A stretch of DNA of 64,000 nucleotides from Bdellovibrionota bacterium (GCA_044356295.1 JBIKWN010000004.1:1-64000); one strand, 5' to 3'. Counted from the first letter of the stretch, positions 22,146 through 32,102 are shown. Made by a program: numbers and translations. Notes: generated from the letters alone by a model not told the origin.

Positions 22146-22296
22146 CAACTGAGACCTTTTCGCCAATTCCAAAGTTATTGCCTAACACTGGGGAGCCCAT
22201 GGCAAAAATGAGGGCAAAGAGAATCCCAACCACGATTACCTCAATTGATGCATCTCTTTTCTTTTCACGCATAGTTACTGGGATGGTAGACGTCAT
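22114..22296 (-). CDS. Possible small pilin-like membrane peptide
   Basis: 60 aa, REKKRDASIE followed by VIVVGILFALIFAMG. Confidence 0.45.
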   Translation of the reverse strand: MTSTIPVTMREKKRDASIEVIVVGILFALIFAMGSPVLGNNFGIGEKVSVVTAVPVAIEH

Positions 22297-22427
22297 AAAT
22301 CCAAAAAATATTAGATTCTGAGGCTAAAAAAATAAAAAAATCACTTTTCTTCTTTTTTATGCTGAGTTGATTTGATTTTTAGCCTGTCGCATGGCATCTA
22401 GAGAGAGTACTAGGAAACTGCCGTCTC

Positions 22428-22946
22428 ATGAGTCAAGAATCGAATCAAATAGATACTAAACTGCTTCTTGAAGAGCTATTAGCAGATGATCATTGCCTGA
22501 TTCATGTGAATCCTACCTTTCCTGGAACCACTGTTCCTGATCATCTACGAAAAGAACCTACTGTTACGATGAAACTAAGCCATTACTTCGCCGGGAGGGT
22601 CGTTTTAAGAGAAACTTCAGTTGAAGCTGAGTTACGTTTTGGGCCAAGCCCTTTTGCATGCATTGTTCCCTATGAAGCGATTTGGGCTGCAAGTTCGGTT
22701 ACAGGAGAGCTGACCGTTTGGGAGAAAAGAGCCCTTCATCCATCTCTGCCTCGAATGTTAAAGGAGTCTTTGGGAGCAACGAGTACAACCCCGCCGCAGG
22801 CTGCTCCGATCAAAAATTCCCCTAAACTAGCACATGCAAAGCCTGAGCTTACCTCTGTTTCTGAAAGCCCTTCTATCCCTTCTGAGGATATTGATAAGAA
22901 CTCTGTTGAAAAAAAGCGCCCGTCATTTCTTAAGCGAATTAAATAA
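22428..22946 (+). CDS. sspB: ClpXP adaptor SspB-like protein
   Basis: VPDHL, AELRFG...C.VPYEAIWA, C-terminal KKRPSFLKRIK (ClpX-binding-type tail). Confidence 0.8.
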   Translation: MSQESNQIDTKLLLEELLADDHCLIHVNPTFPGTTVPDHLRKEPTVTMKLSHYFAGRVVLRETSVEAELRFGPSPFACIVPYEAIWAASSVTGELTVWEKRALHPSLPRMLKESLGATSTTPPQAAPIKNSPKLAHAKPELTSVSESPSIPSEDIDKNSVEKKRPSFLKRIK

Positions 22947-23085
22947 AAATTGAGAACCTTGTATGCTTTAAGTGATTGAAAAGTTACGACTATACTTTTG
23001 TAGCTGATGACCACCTCATTGCTGCATCTGTCAAAAATATCTACACTAAACCTAATAAACATTCTTTCAAAGGGAGTAACTACTT

Positions 23086-23253
23086 ATGGGTAAAGGCGAT
23101 AAAAGAACAGCTAAAGGAAAAAGATTTGCAGGTTCATACGGTAAAGCGCGTCCAAAGGCAAAAACAAAAGCAGCTAAGTCTGGAACCAAGGTGGCAACAA
23201 AAACCACTGCGACAAAAACTACAGCTACTAAGACTACGACAAAGAAGAAATAA
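23086..23253 (+). CDS. thx: 30S ribosomal protein THX (bTHX) with K/T-rich tail
   Basis: Not in ORF track. MGKGDKRTAKGKRFAGSYGKARPK...TKTTATKTTTKKK, 55 aa, GGGAG RBS. Confidence 0.9.
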   Translation: MGKGDKRTAKGKRFAGSYGKARPKAKTKAAKSGTKVATKTTATKTTATKTTTKKK

Positions 23254-23459
23254 TTTTTTAAACGTTTAGTAGTTAAACAATTAGATCTTGAGGAGAGTTC
23301 TATTATAATCATACAGAGTAACCGAAATATTTTGGTTTTTGGTTAACTTAATTTTCATCAGATACAAAGATTTTTAGTCTTAGTACGATTCACAATAGTT
23401 CTTGTTCTCTTAGAGATTATTTTTCTGACTATCCTCGTAAATAGTCAGAACAAAAAAAA

Positions 23460-23822
23460 ATGCCCCACTATCCTTTGTTAGGATGGTGGGGTTTTTCTGT
23501 ATTAGAAAAGAAAAATCTTCTTTCATCTCGAAAAGCTCTATCTGAAAAACCCTTTTGTTTTTTAGATGAAAATGAAAAAAAAGTATTGGGGGTTTTATTT
23601 GACGAAATTGCAATAGGTAATATTACGGCCTTTTCAATTCTGCTTGAATATCTTCAATTGCATAATAAAGATGATTTTAAACGTCGATTTCAAACTGATT
23701 CAATGAAGGCATTTTTTGAATTGCCAGATGAAGTAATAAAGAAACGTCTGCTGCGATTTGCACTTACAACCATAGATGATAGCCCGAATCTACAATCCCT
23801 CTTCGAGAAGCATCAATCTTAA
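23460..23822 (+). CDS. Hypothetical protein
   Basis: 120-aa ORF filling the gap; start uncertain. Confidence 0.45.
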   Translation: MPHYPLLGWWGFSVLEKKNLLSSRKALSEKPFCFLDENEKKVLGVLFDEIAIGNITAFSILLEYLQLHNKDDFKRRFQTDSMKAFFELPDEVIKKRLLRFALTTIDDSPNLQSLFEKHQS

Positions 23823-23829
23823 AAAATCC

Positions 23830-25008
23830 TTAAGGCTGATGCTCCAGTCGAGCAGGATCGAAATCACCGATCTCTAACTGAAACTGATTCTCTGAGCACA
23901 CCGTATATTCTTGATACTCAATCAATGAACTTGCTTTCTCAGTGTGTTGACCATAAGTCCAAATCGAAACCTCTTTTGAATCTTTTTCAATAGATGCTAG
24001 AGCGTTTATCGATAAAGAAAGTAGCTCGCCATTTCTAAGCTCAGTTTTTTTATAGACTGGAATTCGGCTTTGTCTATCTAGGATGAGTGAGACTTTTCCA
24101 TAGTTATTGAAAGGGTCTTGATGTACTAATGATATAGCAATTGTTTCTCTCGAAGTGAGTTCCGTCGAAGGAATAGTTATGTTCGTTGGTAGTGACGTTT
24201 CTTTGCCATCAAGCGGCGGGCTTTGATGCTTTAAAAAGATATTACAGCTTCCAACCTTAGACAGTGAAAACGCCCCCTTTTTGATGGGTATGAGTTGTGT
24301 TTCTACTGCGCCAAAGGTGACCTCAACATTATTAAGATTTCCAGAAAAACCAAATAAATCATCAGCAGAAAGAGCTGAGAAAAATAGCGATTCACTCCGT
24401 AGTTGTGGAGCAATTGGTCTAGATTTTTTACCCTTTGGAGAATAAATCCACACTCTATCAAATGGATTTTTAAAAAAGCGAAACGTAAGCCACGTATAAC
24501 GACTTAAGGTATCTGGAGAAGAGATAGAGATTTTTTCTCTAAATTGTTGGGACAAATCATCTTCGGACTGAGGAAAATAAATACGAGTGAGCTCATTGGA
24601 TGTTTTTGAATAAAGTTTTCCTCGGAGTGTTTCTAGATTAAATTTAAGTTGAGTAGAAAATAATCCTTCAGTTTGTTGTTTCAGCGAGCGAATAATTGCC
24701 AATCGCTCATCTTCTGAGATTTCTTTAGGTGAAAGGTTTAGAGTTGGATTTTTTTCCTGAGACCGTATAAAGGATCCCCGATTTTTCAAAATAACTTCTT
24801 GAATCCATTTTGGAGTGAGGGCGCGAATGCCTTCAGTAAATTCTGTTATAGCAGGATCAACAATCTCTTCTTTCTTTTTGGTTGTTTCTTTTTCTACTTG
24901 CTGTTCAACGACTTTTTCTGCAAATGGCTCAGCGGAAATGCAAGAAGCTCCTATCAAATATACCAGTGTGCTTAAGCATACTAGAGAAGTCGTACGCTTC
25001 TGTATCAT
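23830..25008 (-). CDS. Exported protein, LolA-like/outer-membrane lipoprotein-sorting family
   Basis: Signal peptide; DRVWIYSP...SRPI...RSESLFFSALSADDL pattern. Confidence 0.6.
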   Translation of the reverse strand: MIQKRTTSLVCLSTLVYLIGASCISAEPFAEKVVEQQVEKETTKKKEEIVDPAITEFTEGIRALTPKWIQEVILKNRGSFIRSQEKNPTLNLSPKEISEDERLAIIRSLKQQTEGLFSTQLKFNLETLRGKLYSKTSNELTRIYFPQSEDDLSQQFREKISISSPDTLSRYTWLTFRFFKNPFDRVWIYSPKGKKSRPIAPQLRSESLFFSALSADDLFGFSGNLNNVEVTFGAVETQLIPIKKGAFSLSKVGSCNIFLKHQSPPLDGKETSLPTNITIPSTELTSRETIAISLVHQDPFNNYGKVSLILDRQSRIPVYKKTELRNGELLSLSINALASIEKDSKEVSIWTYGQHTEKASSLIEYQEYTVCSENQFQLEIGDFDPARLEHQP

Positions 25009-25011
25009 ATG

Positions 25012-25602
25012 TTATGAACGAAAGGGATGTTTCTCGAGATCCTGGATTTTTAACATGTGCTCTTCAAAGAGCGCTTCCTTACCTTTATCTTCAAGAATCC
25101 GTGAACGAGTCATGAGAACTTCTTTGTCTTCTATGAAATTTCTTGGATCTGGTGAATAGATTTCAGGATGAATGCCAGTATCCATTCGAATTGCATCAAC
25201 GGGACATGCTTCAACGCAATATCCACAATAAATACAAAGTAGTGTGTCTATTTCATAGCGGGCAGGGAATTTTTCTACATTTTTTTCTGGATGTTCTGCT
25301 GCTTCAATGTAAATGCATTTTGCAGGGCACGCCGTAGCGCAAAGGAAACAAGATGTACAACGAACGTCACCTGAAGGATAAAGGGTAAGGCGGTGACGCC
25401 CACGATATCTTTCGGGGTAGTCGCGACGCTCGTTTGGATACTGAATGCTTGCAGAGGCGGCTGTCCCTTTATTGATTCCTATGACATGAAGGCAATGAAG
25501 GGTTAGATTTTTGATTAACTTACCAAAAGTTATGACAACCCCTTTAAACGCTTCAACTACATAGAGCCGCTCAAGGAACGACATTTCTTCTCTTCTTTTC
25601 AT
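25012..25602 (-). CDS. nuoI: NADH-quinone oxidoreductase subunit I
   Basis: YRGRHRL, CTSCFLCATACP, CIYCGYCVEACPVDAI. Confidence 0.92.
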   Translation of the reverse strand: MKRREEMSFLERLYVVEAFKGVVITFGKLIKNLTLHCLHVIGINKGTAASASIQYPNERRDYPERYRGRHRLTLYPSGDVRCTSCFLCATACPAKCIYIEAAEHPEKNVEKFPARYEIDTLLCIYCGYCVEACPVDAIRMDTGIHPEIYSPDPRNFIEDKEVLMTRSRILEDKGKEALFEEHMLKIQDLEKHPFRS

Positions 25603-25701
25603 CGATGCTAAATATCGCCTAACCTGTTGAAAACTTAAAGAGGGATAAATTGCCTTTTTTGATACCTCTCAGGCAATCGAGCCATTCCGGCTCTAGACTG
25701 G

Positions 25702-25806
25702 ATGTCATTAAGTTAGGGCATTTCTATTCCGTGACCTGTTCTTTTTCGTTCACGCCTACGCTCACGCTCACGGTCACGGGGATCATGTGCTTAAATTAAT
25801 GACATT
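25702..25806. repeat. Palindromic intergenic element, copy A (MITE/REP-like)
   Basis: Ends ATGTCATTAAGTTAGG ... CTTAAATTAATGACAT, inner CCGTGACC...GGTCACGG, ACGCTC iterations. Confidence 0.75.
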
Positions 25807-25918
25807 GATGGATAGGGGGTAGGGGGGCAATACAGCAATGATATATATTGAGAAGTTTTGTAAAATTACAAGCTAGAACTTGCAAAATGGGGGCTAAAAA
25901 ACTATCTTTAACCACCTT

Positions 25919-26536
25919 ATGACCAAAAGTATTGAATTCTTCTTTTCTTACCAAAGCCCTTACTCCTACCTAGCTATCGATGCTTTGTATGATATCCAAG
26001 ACAACTATGATGTTGAGGTTCTTTGGCAACCATTCTCAGCAAAAGCTTCTGGTCAACAGATGCCTACAACTGGAATTATTCCTGATAAATTAACATATCT
26101 TTTCGAAGATACAGCTCGCTTTGCTCAGGAGTGCGCTGTTCCACTTCACTTCCCTGAAAACTGGCCAGAAAACGAATTTGATCCTAGCCGTGTTACACGT
26201 GGCGCTCTTATCGCTAATGATCTTGGTGTTTTAAAAGAGTACAACTACAAAGTTTTCGATAAGTGGTGGGGACAAGGTCAAAACCCTAACGAAGAAAATT
26301 TCATGACAGAGCTTTGCGAAGAGATCGATATCGACCTCGGTGATTTCTTAAGTAAAGTTTCTTCTTCGGATACTCGTGAGCGCGTTAAAGGTGTTTATAA
26401 ACGTGGTCGCAAACTTGGTGTTTATGATACGCCAACTATTCTTATCGATGGTAAAGAGCGTCTTGTAGGAATCGATAAAATTCCTTACCTCGCTAAGCGT
26501 CTTGAAGCAGAAGGTCTCCGTCGTACAAAGCGGTGA
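25919..26536 (+). CDS. DsbA-family / HCCA isomerase-like (GST-kappa) protein
   Basis: FFFSYQSPYSYLA, GVYDTPT. Confidence 0.85.
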   Translation: MTKSIEFFFSYQSPYSYLAIDALYDIQDNYDVEVLWQPFSAKASGQQMPTTGIIPDKLTYLFEDTARFAQECAVPLHFPENWPENEFDPSRVTRGALIANDLGVLKEYNYKVFDKWWGQGQNPNEENFMTELCEEIDIDLGDFLSKVSSSDTRERVKGVYKRGRKLGVYDTPTILIDGKERLVGIDKIPYLAKRLEAEGLRRTKR

Positions 26537-27300
26537 GCCACGACCGACGAATATTTGAAGAAAAAATACCAGAGTCAGGCGAATTATCGCTTTCTGATTC
26601 TAATTCACATTACCTTTCTAATGTTTTACGACTTAAAGTAGGTGATCCTGTCACTGTTGTTTCATCTACTACCAAGATGGAATCTGAGTGTTTTGTCACT
26701 AAAATATTCGAGAGAGAAGTTTTAGTAAAAATTTCAAAAAATATTCATTCAAAAGAATATACTTCTCGAGTCTCGATACTTTTGCCAGCTCTGTGTAAAG
26801 CAGAAGCAAATGAGATTATCGTTGAAAAAGCTACTGAACTTGGAGTTCAACAAATATTTTTTTGGCAATCAAAAAGAAGCGTTCTTCGATTAAAAGGTGA
26901 AGACGACGTCATAAAAAAAACAAATCGCTTCAAAAAAATTGCAGAAAGCGCAGCAAAACAATCTGGACGAGTTACTGTGCCTGAAATAGTCCTATTCGAG
27001 TCTCTTCCGATGGCACTAGCCAATGTCAGATCTTCACATGGCCAGTCTAATCATTTTTACGCAATTCTTTCCCTCGATTCTGACGCTCAACCCCCTCTGC
27101 ATTATTTAGAAGAATTATCTAAGAAAGATTCAACGATAATTGCAATCGGAGCAGAGGGTGATTTTGACCCATCAGAAGCTGTAGAATTTGCTTCAAATGG
27201 GTTCTCTAAAATCTCTCTTGGCGGAAATCGACTTCGCTCTGAAACAGCTGCAATTGCTGGAATATGCGCAATCGACGCAGTTTTACCCCCGTCGACTTGA
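26533..27300 (+). CDS. rsmE: 16S rRNA m3U1498 methyltransferase RsmE
   Basis: HYLSNVLRL, EKATELGV, AAKQSGR, IGAEGDF, LRSETA. Confidence 0.93.
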   Translation: MSHDRRIFEEKIPESGELSLSDSNSHYLSNVLRLKVGDPVTVVSSTTKMESECFVTKIFEREVLVKISKNIHSKEYTSRVSILLPALCKAEANEIIVEKATELGVQQIFFWQSKRSVLRLKGEDDVIKKTNRFKKIAESAAKQSGRVTVPEIVLFESLPMALANVRSSHGQSNHFYAILSLDSDAQPPLHYLEELSKKDSTIIAIGAEGDFDPSEAVEFASNGFSKISLGGNRLRSETAAIAGICAIDAVLPPST

Positions 27301-27325
27301 ATTGATGCGCACTATCCTATATCTT
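27297..27325 (+). promoter_or_regulatory. Sigma-70-like promoter for tRNA-Phe
   Basis: TTGAAT-N17-TATCTT, 20 nt before the tRNA. Confidence 0.45.
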
Positions 27326-27345
27326 CTCTCTTCGACTCTTTCCAT

Positions 27346-27418
<73 letters not shown>

Positions 27419-27423
27419 ATTTC

Positions 27424-27513
27424 CGCGCTAGGCGCTCCGGATCGTTTTTCGCGCTAGGCGCTCCGGCCTAGGGGCTTTGCCCCTCCCGCTCGCTGGTCGC
27501 TCGCTTCACCCCC
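27424..27513. repeat. GC-rich REP-like cluster downstream of tRNA-Phe
   Basis: Two copies of CGCGCTAGGCGCTCCGG (27424-27440, 27450-27466), hairpin AGGGGC-TTT-GCCCCT, two copies of CGCTCGCT. Confidence 0.7.
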
Positions 27514-27552
27514 TTATTCCTTTTTTGCAGCTCGGTGCTTTGGCTTCGGGCA

Positions 27553-27636
27553 TAATGTCATGAATATCCCCCGTGAACCTGACCGTGAGCGTGAGCGATT
27601 TAGGTCACAATAACTTGCCTTAACTTAATAACATTA
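27553..27636. repeat. Palindromic intergenic element, copy B (reverse orientation to A)
   Basis: TAATGTCAT...CCCCGTGA...GACCGTGAGCGTGAGCG...GGTCAC...CCTTAACTTAATAACATTA. Confidence 0.7.
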
Positions 27637-27788
27637 GCTCGCCACAAGTCGCTTATTTCTTTCTAACTGCCTTTAAAATGCAATTCTATATTGAAGCCTT
27701 AGTCTTTGCATTTCCTTGATTTGCATTGAACCCTTAAATTCTTCGAAAGAATCTTATTATCCTAGTATATAGTACCGGTTAACTTCGC

Positions 27789-29387
27789 ATGACTGAAATT
27801 AAGTTAAATTTAAAACGTATCATTCCCTTTGGAATACTTTTATTAATCTCAGTAATTGTTGCTTTGTATGGCGTCATTTCTCTTGGCAGTAGTGCCATCT
27901 TCTTAATTAACGGCGAAGAAGGTCCTGGCTCTGTCTCTATTGGTCCTGGCACTCGAGTAAATCTTGTTTTCTATGATCGAAATGGAAACAGTCACGTTGC
28001 ACAATTTAAACATATCTTTTCAGGTAATCTTTCTGAACGTGAACAAGTTCCAGTTTTATACAATCCAACGAGTCCCAGCAGCGCGACTATTAATAATGCC
28101 CTTTACATGTGGCTTCCAGGGTTTATCTTTTTATTGTTTGGTTTGTTAGTATCCTTTGTATCTATTTTCTTAATGGATATTCCGTTTCTACGAAACACTA
28201 AAGCTGGATCACATTCAGGTGGAGTACAAGAAAAACAAAATCAATCGACTTATCAAAACGAAAAAACATCATCAGGACACAGCTCTTCTTTAAGTGCTAC
28301 CCATAATTCAAGTGTATCAAGTGATCTTTTTGGACTACTAACTCCATTAATTGAAGATAAAGATGTTACCGATATTATAATTGAAAGTGCATCAGCAGTT
28401 TTTACCAAGAAAGGAAATACTATCACTAAGTCTTCAATCGTATTTCCTTCGCAGGTGAAATATGAGCAGCTCGTTGAACGATTATTAACCCAAGCCGATA
28501 CTTCCTACACTATTTCAAAACCTATTGTGGATGGAATGGTTACACCACTTGTTCGAATTCATGCAGTTCATAAAGTACTTTGTGAGACAGGTCCTTATGT
28601 AACGCTTCGAGTGAGTCGGGTCAGTTCTGTTACCTACCAAGAATTTTGCCGTGCAACGATGGCTCCTCGAGAAATAATTGCTTACTTAAGAGCGATGCTT
28701 TTAACTGGCAATACAATTCTTGTCGCTGGTGAAGTTGGTACAGGTAAAACAACACTACTTCGTGCTCTTGCTTCAACAATACCAAAAAATGAAAGTATCC
28801 TTGTAATAGAAGATACTTCTGAGATTAATATTGAGCATCCTACTGTTCGATATGTACGCACGAGAGAATCAAATACGGAAGGAGTGGGAAAGGTTTCCCC
28901 TGGTGAATGTATTCGAGCTGGTATGAGAATGGCAATGAATCGCATCATCTTTGGTGAGATCCGAGATCCTGAAGCTGCAGAATCATTTATCGATGTTTGT
29001 GTATCTGGTCACCCTGGAATGTCTACAGTGCATGCGAAAAGCGCAGAAGATGCCATTTCACGGCTAGAACTACTACTCGCTAGACAACAGCCAGGTGTTG
29101 AGCGTTCATCACTACGACAGCAAATCTGTTCTGCTGTCCAAGTGGTTGCTTATGCTCAGATCTGTAAACACACAGGACAACGTCGAATTACTGAAGTTAT
29201 TGAAATTGATTGTGACCAAAAAAATGTTGTCAGAACTCAAGAGATTTTTCGGTACGGAGTTTCTGGTTCAATGCCGTTTTGGCAGGTAAAAAACAGAAAA
29301 AGTTTCTTTCAAGAAGGACTTCGAGAATTTGAGGGTGGTTATACACTTGAATCATTGCCGGATGTTTTGTCTGTTCAAACAAAATAA
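27789..29387 (+). CDS. Second CpaF/TadA ATPase fused to an N-terminal two-TM domain (DUF3592-like)
   Basis: TM, then F.D.NG...VPVLYNPTSPSSA.I, second TM, Ser-rich linker, then ATPase with GEVGTGKTT and RIIFGEIRD. Confidence 0.85.
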   Translation: MTEIKLNLKRIIPFGILLLISVIVALYGVISLGSSAIFLINGEEGPGSVSIGPGTRVNLVFYDRNGNSHVAQFKHIFSGNLSEREQVPVLYNPTSPSSATINNALYMWLPGFIFLLFGLLVSFVSIFLMDIPFLRNTKAGSHSGGVQEKQNQSTYQNEKTSSGHSSSLSATHNSSVSSDLFGLLTPLIEDKDVTDIIIESASAVFTKKGNTITKSSIVFPSQVKYEQLVERLLTQADTSYTISKPIVDGMVTPLVRIHAVHKVLCETGPYVTLRVSRVSSVTYQEFCRATMAPREIIAYLRAMLLTGNTILVAGEVGTGKTTLLRALASTIPKNESILVIEDTSEINIEHPTVRYVRTRESNTEGVGKVSPGECIRAGMRMAMNRIIFGEIRDPEAAESFIDVCVSGHPGMSTVHAKSAEDAISRLELLLARQQPGVERSSLRQQICSAVQVVAYAQICKHTGQRRITEVIEIDCDQKNVVRTQEIFRYGVSGSMPFWQVKNRKSFFQEGLREFEGGYTLESLPDVLSVQTK

Positions 29388-29404
29388 ATCACTAAAGGAA
29401 CGAG

Positions 29405-29998
29405 TTATCCATTTAAAAGTGCCAACCTTTTTCTGCCTGTTGGTTCAATAAATACTTTAGCAACACCACAATTATCTATCTGAAAACTATTCCAACTTTG
29501 AATGCCTGAAGATAATAGGTGAGAAAGAATTGCGCGTATTGTACCACCATGACTTGTGACCAAGATATTACCCTGGTCGTAACGGTATTGTTCTATGAGT
29601 TCATCTATTACAGCAGAAGCTCTCTCAGTTAGTTGAGTTATCGTCTCTCCTTCACGAGGTGGAAAATTTATAGGATCAAGAAAATAGTTATCAATCTCTT
29701 CTTTATTGCTTCGAAGAGTTTCTACAGTTTCCCCTTCCCAAGCACCACAAAATATTTCTCGTAAACGAATATCAGTATGCATTAAGGGGCTTTTTCCAAG
29801 GGCAATCTCCATCGTTTCTTTTGCACGAACTAAATCACTCGATACACAATGCAAGAAAGGGGTATTTTGAAAAATTGGAGTGAGCTTTTTCGCTTGAGTT
29901 TTTCCGGTTTCATTTAAGGGAATATCGGTCCACCCTTGGAATCGACCAATTTTATTCCAATCAGTTTCTCCATGTCGTAGTAGATAAAGCGTTAACAC
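29405..29998 (-). CDS. Histidine phosphatase family (CobC/GpmB-like)
   Basis: LLRHGETDWN, SSDLVRA, SHGGTIR. Confidence 0.92.
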   Translation of the reverse strand: MLTLYLLRHGETDWNKIGRFQGWTDIPLNETGKTQAKKLTPIFQNTPFLHCVSSDLVRAKETMEIALGKSPLMHTDIRLREIFCGAWEGETVETLRSNKEEIDNYFLDPINFPPREGETITQLTERASAVIDELIEQYRYDQGNILVTSHGGTIRAILSHLLSSGIQSWNSFQIDNCGVAKVFIEPTGRKRLALLNG

Positions 29999-30189
29999 AG
30001 GAAGGGACTATATGAAAAATCGTATGAAGATGAAACGTACTAAAAACCGTTTTTTTATACTTTCAGCTAGAAGTTAATTGAGGTGAACTAGTACTTACGC
30101 AGTTACTGAAGTTTTATTGAATTTTTAACTCGTTTCATAGCTTCGATAGTGAAAGATCCTAATTTCTATGCAAGACTTAACCCTGAAAG

Positions 30190-31173
30190 ATGGTAAACCT
30201 ACAGACACCACAATCCATATTAGAGCTCGATGAGCCACCGACATTTCTCTATGTCGCTGATAAAGAATTACTTCGCCGAGAAAGATTTACAACTCGATTT
30301 TTAACAAAATTTGCTAATGCAAAACAACGAGAAGTAGTTACCTTTGATGGACGATCGTTTTCTGAAAAAGAGATTAGGATTTTTCAAAATAGTATTCGCT
30401 CGCTCTCACTCTTTGCAGAGAAAAAATGTATTGTTATTTCTCATACCGATGAAATAGCAGCTTCACTTTTAGCGGTTCTTACTAAAGAGTTTAAAGTTAT
30501 TGATTCATCAACAATAGTTTTATGTACAGGTGCTCCTCTGCAGGAACGTGCGCTTTTCCGAAAAAATTTCGATAGTTTTTATATTGAGTTTGAAGATATG
30601 AAAACTCCAGAGATGAAACGTTGGATAAAGAAGGAATGTGCTGCGCAAGGGATAACAATGATTGATGAGCCGTCAATTGCGATGATAGCAGAAGTAGGCG
30701 TTGGCTCTACAGATAAGACTTCGAAGTTAATTGAAAAAATTTCACTCTTTATTGATGGTCCCGAACTAAAATTACAAGAGTTAATGAAATTTCTTTCCTC
30801 ATCAAAAACGACTTCAGAGTATGAGCTTCTTGATGCAATGATGCTTTCTGATAAGAAGAAAGCAATCATGTTGAATTCTCAGATGGAAATGCAAGGTATG
30901 AATCCATATGGTTTTGTTCCGCTCATTGGAAAAAGCACATTTCATCTTCTTGCCCTTATTTTTGCTCAAAAAGAAAAGTATTCTTTCGATCGACTGAAGT
31001 CACGATTTGCGTTGAGTCCTTGGATCATTAATAAGCTTACAGCTGCAGTGAAAAAGAATTCAGTACGAGATGCCTGTTCGTTGCAACAGGCAACCCTCAA
31101 AGCTGAAATTCGTTTAAAGAGTAAATCGTTACCAGTGAAAGATATTCTGGATTCAATTACATTTAGAGAGTAA
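30190..31173 (+). CDS. holA: DNA polymerase III subunit delta (divergent)
   Basis: SLSLFAEKK, WIKKE, IEKISLF, YELLDAM pattern and expected size. Confidence 0.7.
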   Translation: MVNLQTPQSILELDEPPTFLYVADKELLRRERFTTRFLTKFANAKQREVVTFDGRSFSEKEIRIFQNSIRSLSLFAEKKCIVISHTDEIAASLLAVLTKEFKVIDSSTIVLCTGAPLQERALFRKNFDSFYIEFEDMKTPEMKRWIKKECAAQGITMIDEPSIAMIAEVGVGSTDKTSKLIEKISLFIDGPELKLQELMKFLSSSKTTSEYELLDAMMLSDKKKAIMLNSQMEMQGMNPYGFVPLIGKSTFHLLALIFAQKEKYSFDRLKSRFALSPWIINKLTAAVKKNSVRDACSLQQATLKAEIRLKSKSLPVKDILDSITFRE

Positions 31174-31178
31174 CGAAA

Positions 31179-32102
31179 GTGAGATTTTTTTTAAATTTAA
31201 AATTCTTAGTTTGTATTTTTCTTGCTCTTCTTAGTTGTAGTCAACGTACTTTGCCAATTGAAAAGCAACAAGATCCGCGTGCTCGATTTGCAATAGAGGA
31301 ACATTCTTTTCATTACTCGAATGATTATGGAGGTTGGGATTTTTTAGTTTCGTTTTTATCAAATGATGGAGTCTCGAAACAGCTTCTCCGTCATGTATAT
31401 GGGTCAGGTAGTATTGTTCCAACCTTTGATTTTGTTCCATTTAAACTAAACCCAAAAGAAAGCCATGATATGTATTCTGGTTTTCGTACTTCAAAAATTA
31501 GCAAACTTGTAGAGGATTGCTATATACGGTACCAGCCAATTTTCAATGAAGCCGCTCGTCGTTTCGAAGTTTCTCCGAGACTGCTCACTTCAATTTTATT
31601 TATTGAAAGTCATTGCGGACAGCATGTTGGGACTAACCTTGTCGTTAACAGACTTTCTCGAGTTGTCTCAGTTGGAGATCCTAATAATCTTAGAAAAAAT
31701 CTTGTTACGTTTCGACAAGATAATCCAACTGTGCAAGATGATGACGCAGTTCAACGGGCGCAGTATCTTTTTAATACGTTCTATCCACAGCTTCTTGCTC
31801 TTTTTCAAGAGCACGCAAAAGGCAAACTAAATCTTTTTGAATTAAAAGGTTCTATTGCTGGAGCATTTGGATGGACTCAGTTTTTACCTTTAACATATCA
31901 AAAATTTGGTGTTGATGGGGATCAGGATGGGATTATCCGATTAGATAACCCATCAGATGCTATTTTTTCAATTGCTCGTTTTTTTAATGAAAATGGCTGG
32001 AAAAATACACTTTCTCGTAAAGAAAAACACACTGTTATTTGGCAATATAATCGAAGTATCCCCTATATTGATACAGTGCTATATTTAATGAAGGAAACAT
32101 GA
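31179..32102 (+). CDS. Lytic murein transglycosylase (MltB-like lipoprotein)
   Basis: Lipobox LLSC, ILFIES, GSIAGAFGWTQFLP, DGDQDG, YNRS. Confidence 0.88.
   Translation: MRFFLNLKFLVCIFLALLSCSQRTLPIEKQQDPRARFAIEEHSFHYSNDYGGWDFLVSFLSNDGVSKQLLRHVYGSGSIVPTFDFVPFKLNPKESHDMYSGFRTSKISKLVEDCYIRYQPIFNEAARRFEVSPRLLTSILFIESHCGQHVGTNLVVNRLSRVVSVGDPNNLRKNLVTFRQDNPTVQDDDAVQRAQYLFNTFYPQLLALFQEHAKGKLNLFELKGSIAGAFGWTQFLPLTYQKFGVDGDQDGIIRLDNPSDAIFSIARFFNENGWKNTLSRKEKHTVIWQYNRSIPYIDTVLYLMKET

Noticed and set aside
22976..23312. Track ORFs 22976..23269 (+) and 23067..23312 (-)
   Set aside because: Shadow frames of the THX gene, which has an RBS and a recognisable family signature
30012..30077. 21-codon ORF MKNRMKMKRTKNRFFILSARS as a leader peptide
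   Set aside because: No attenuator structure or family similarity; lies in an AT-rich divergent promoter region
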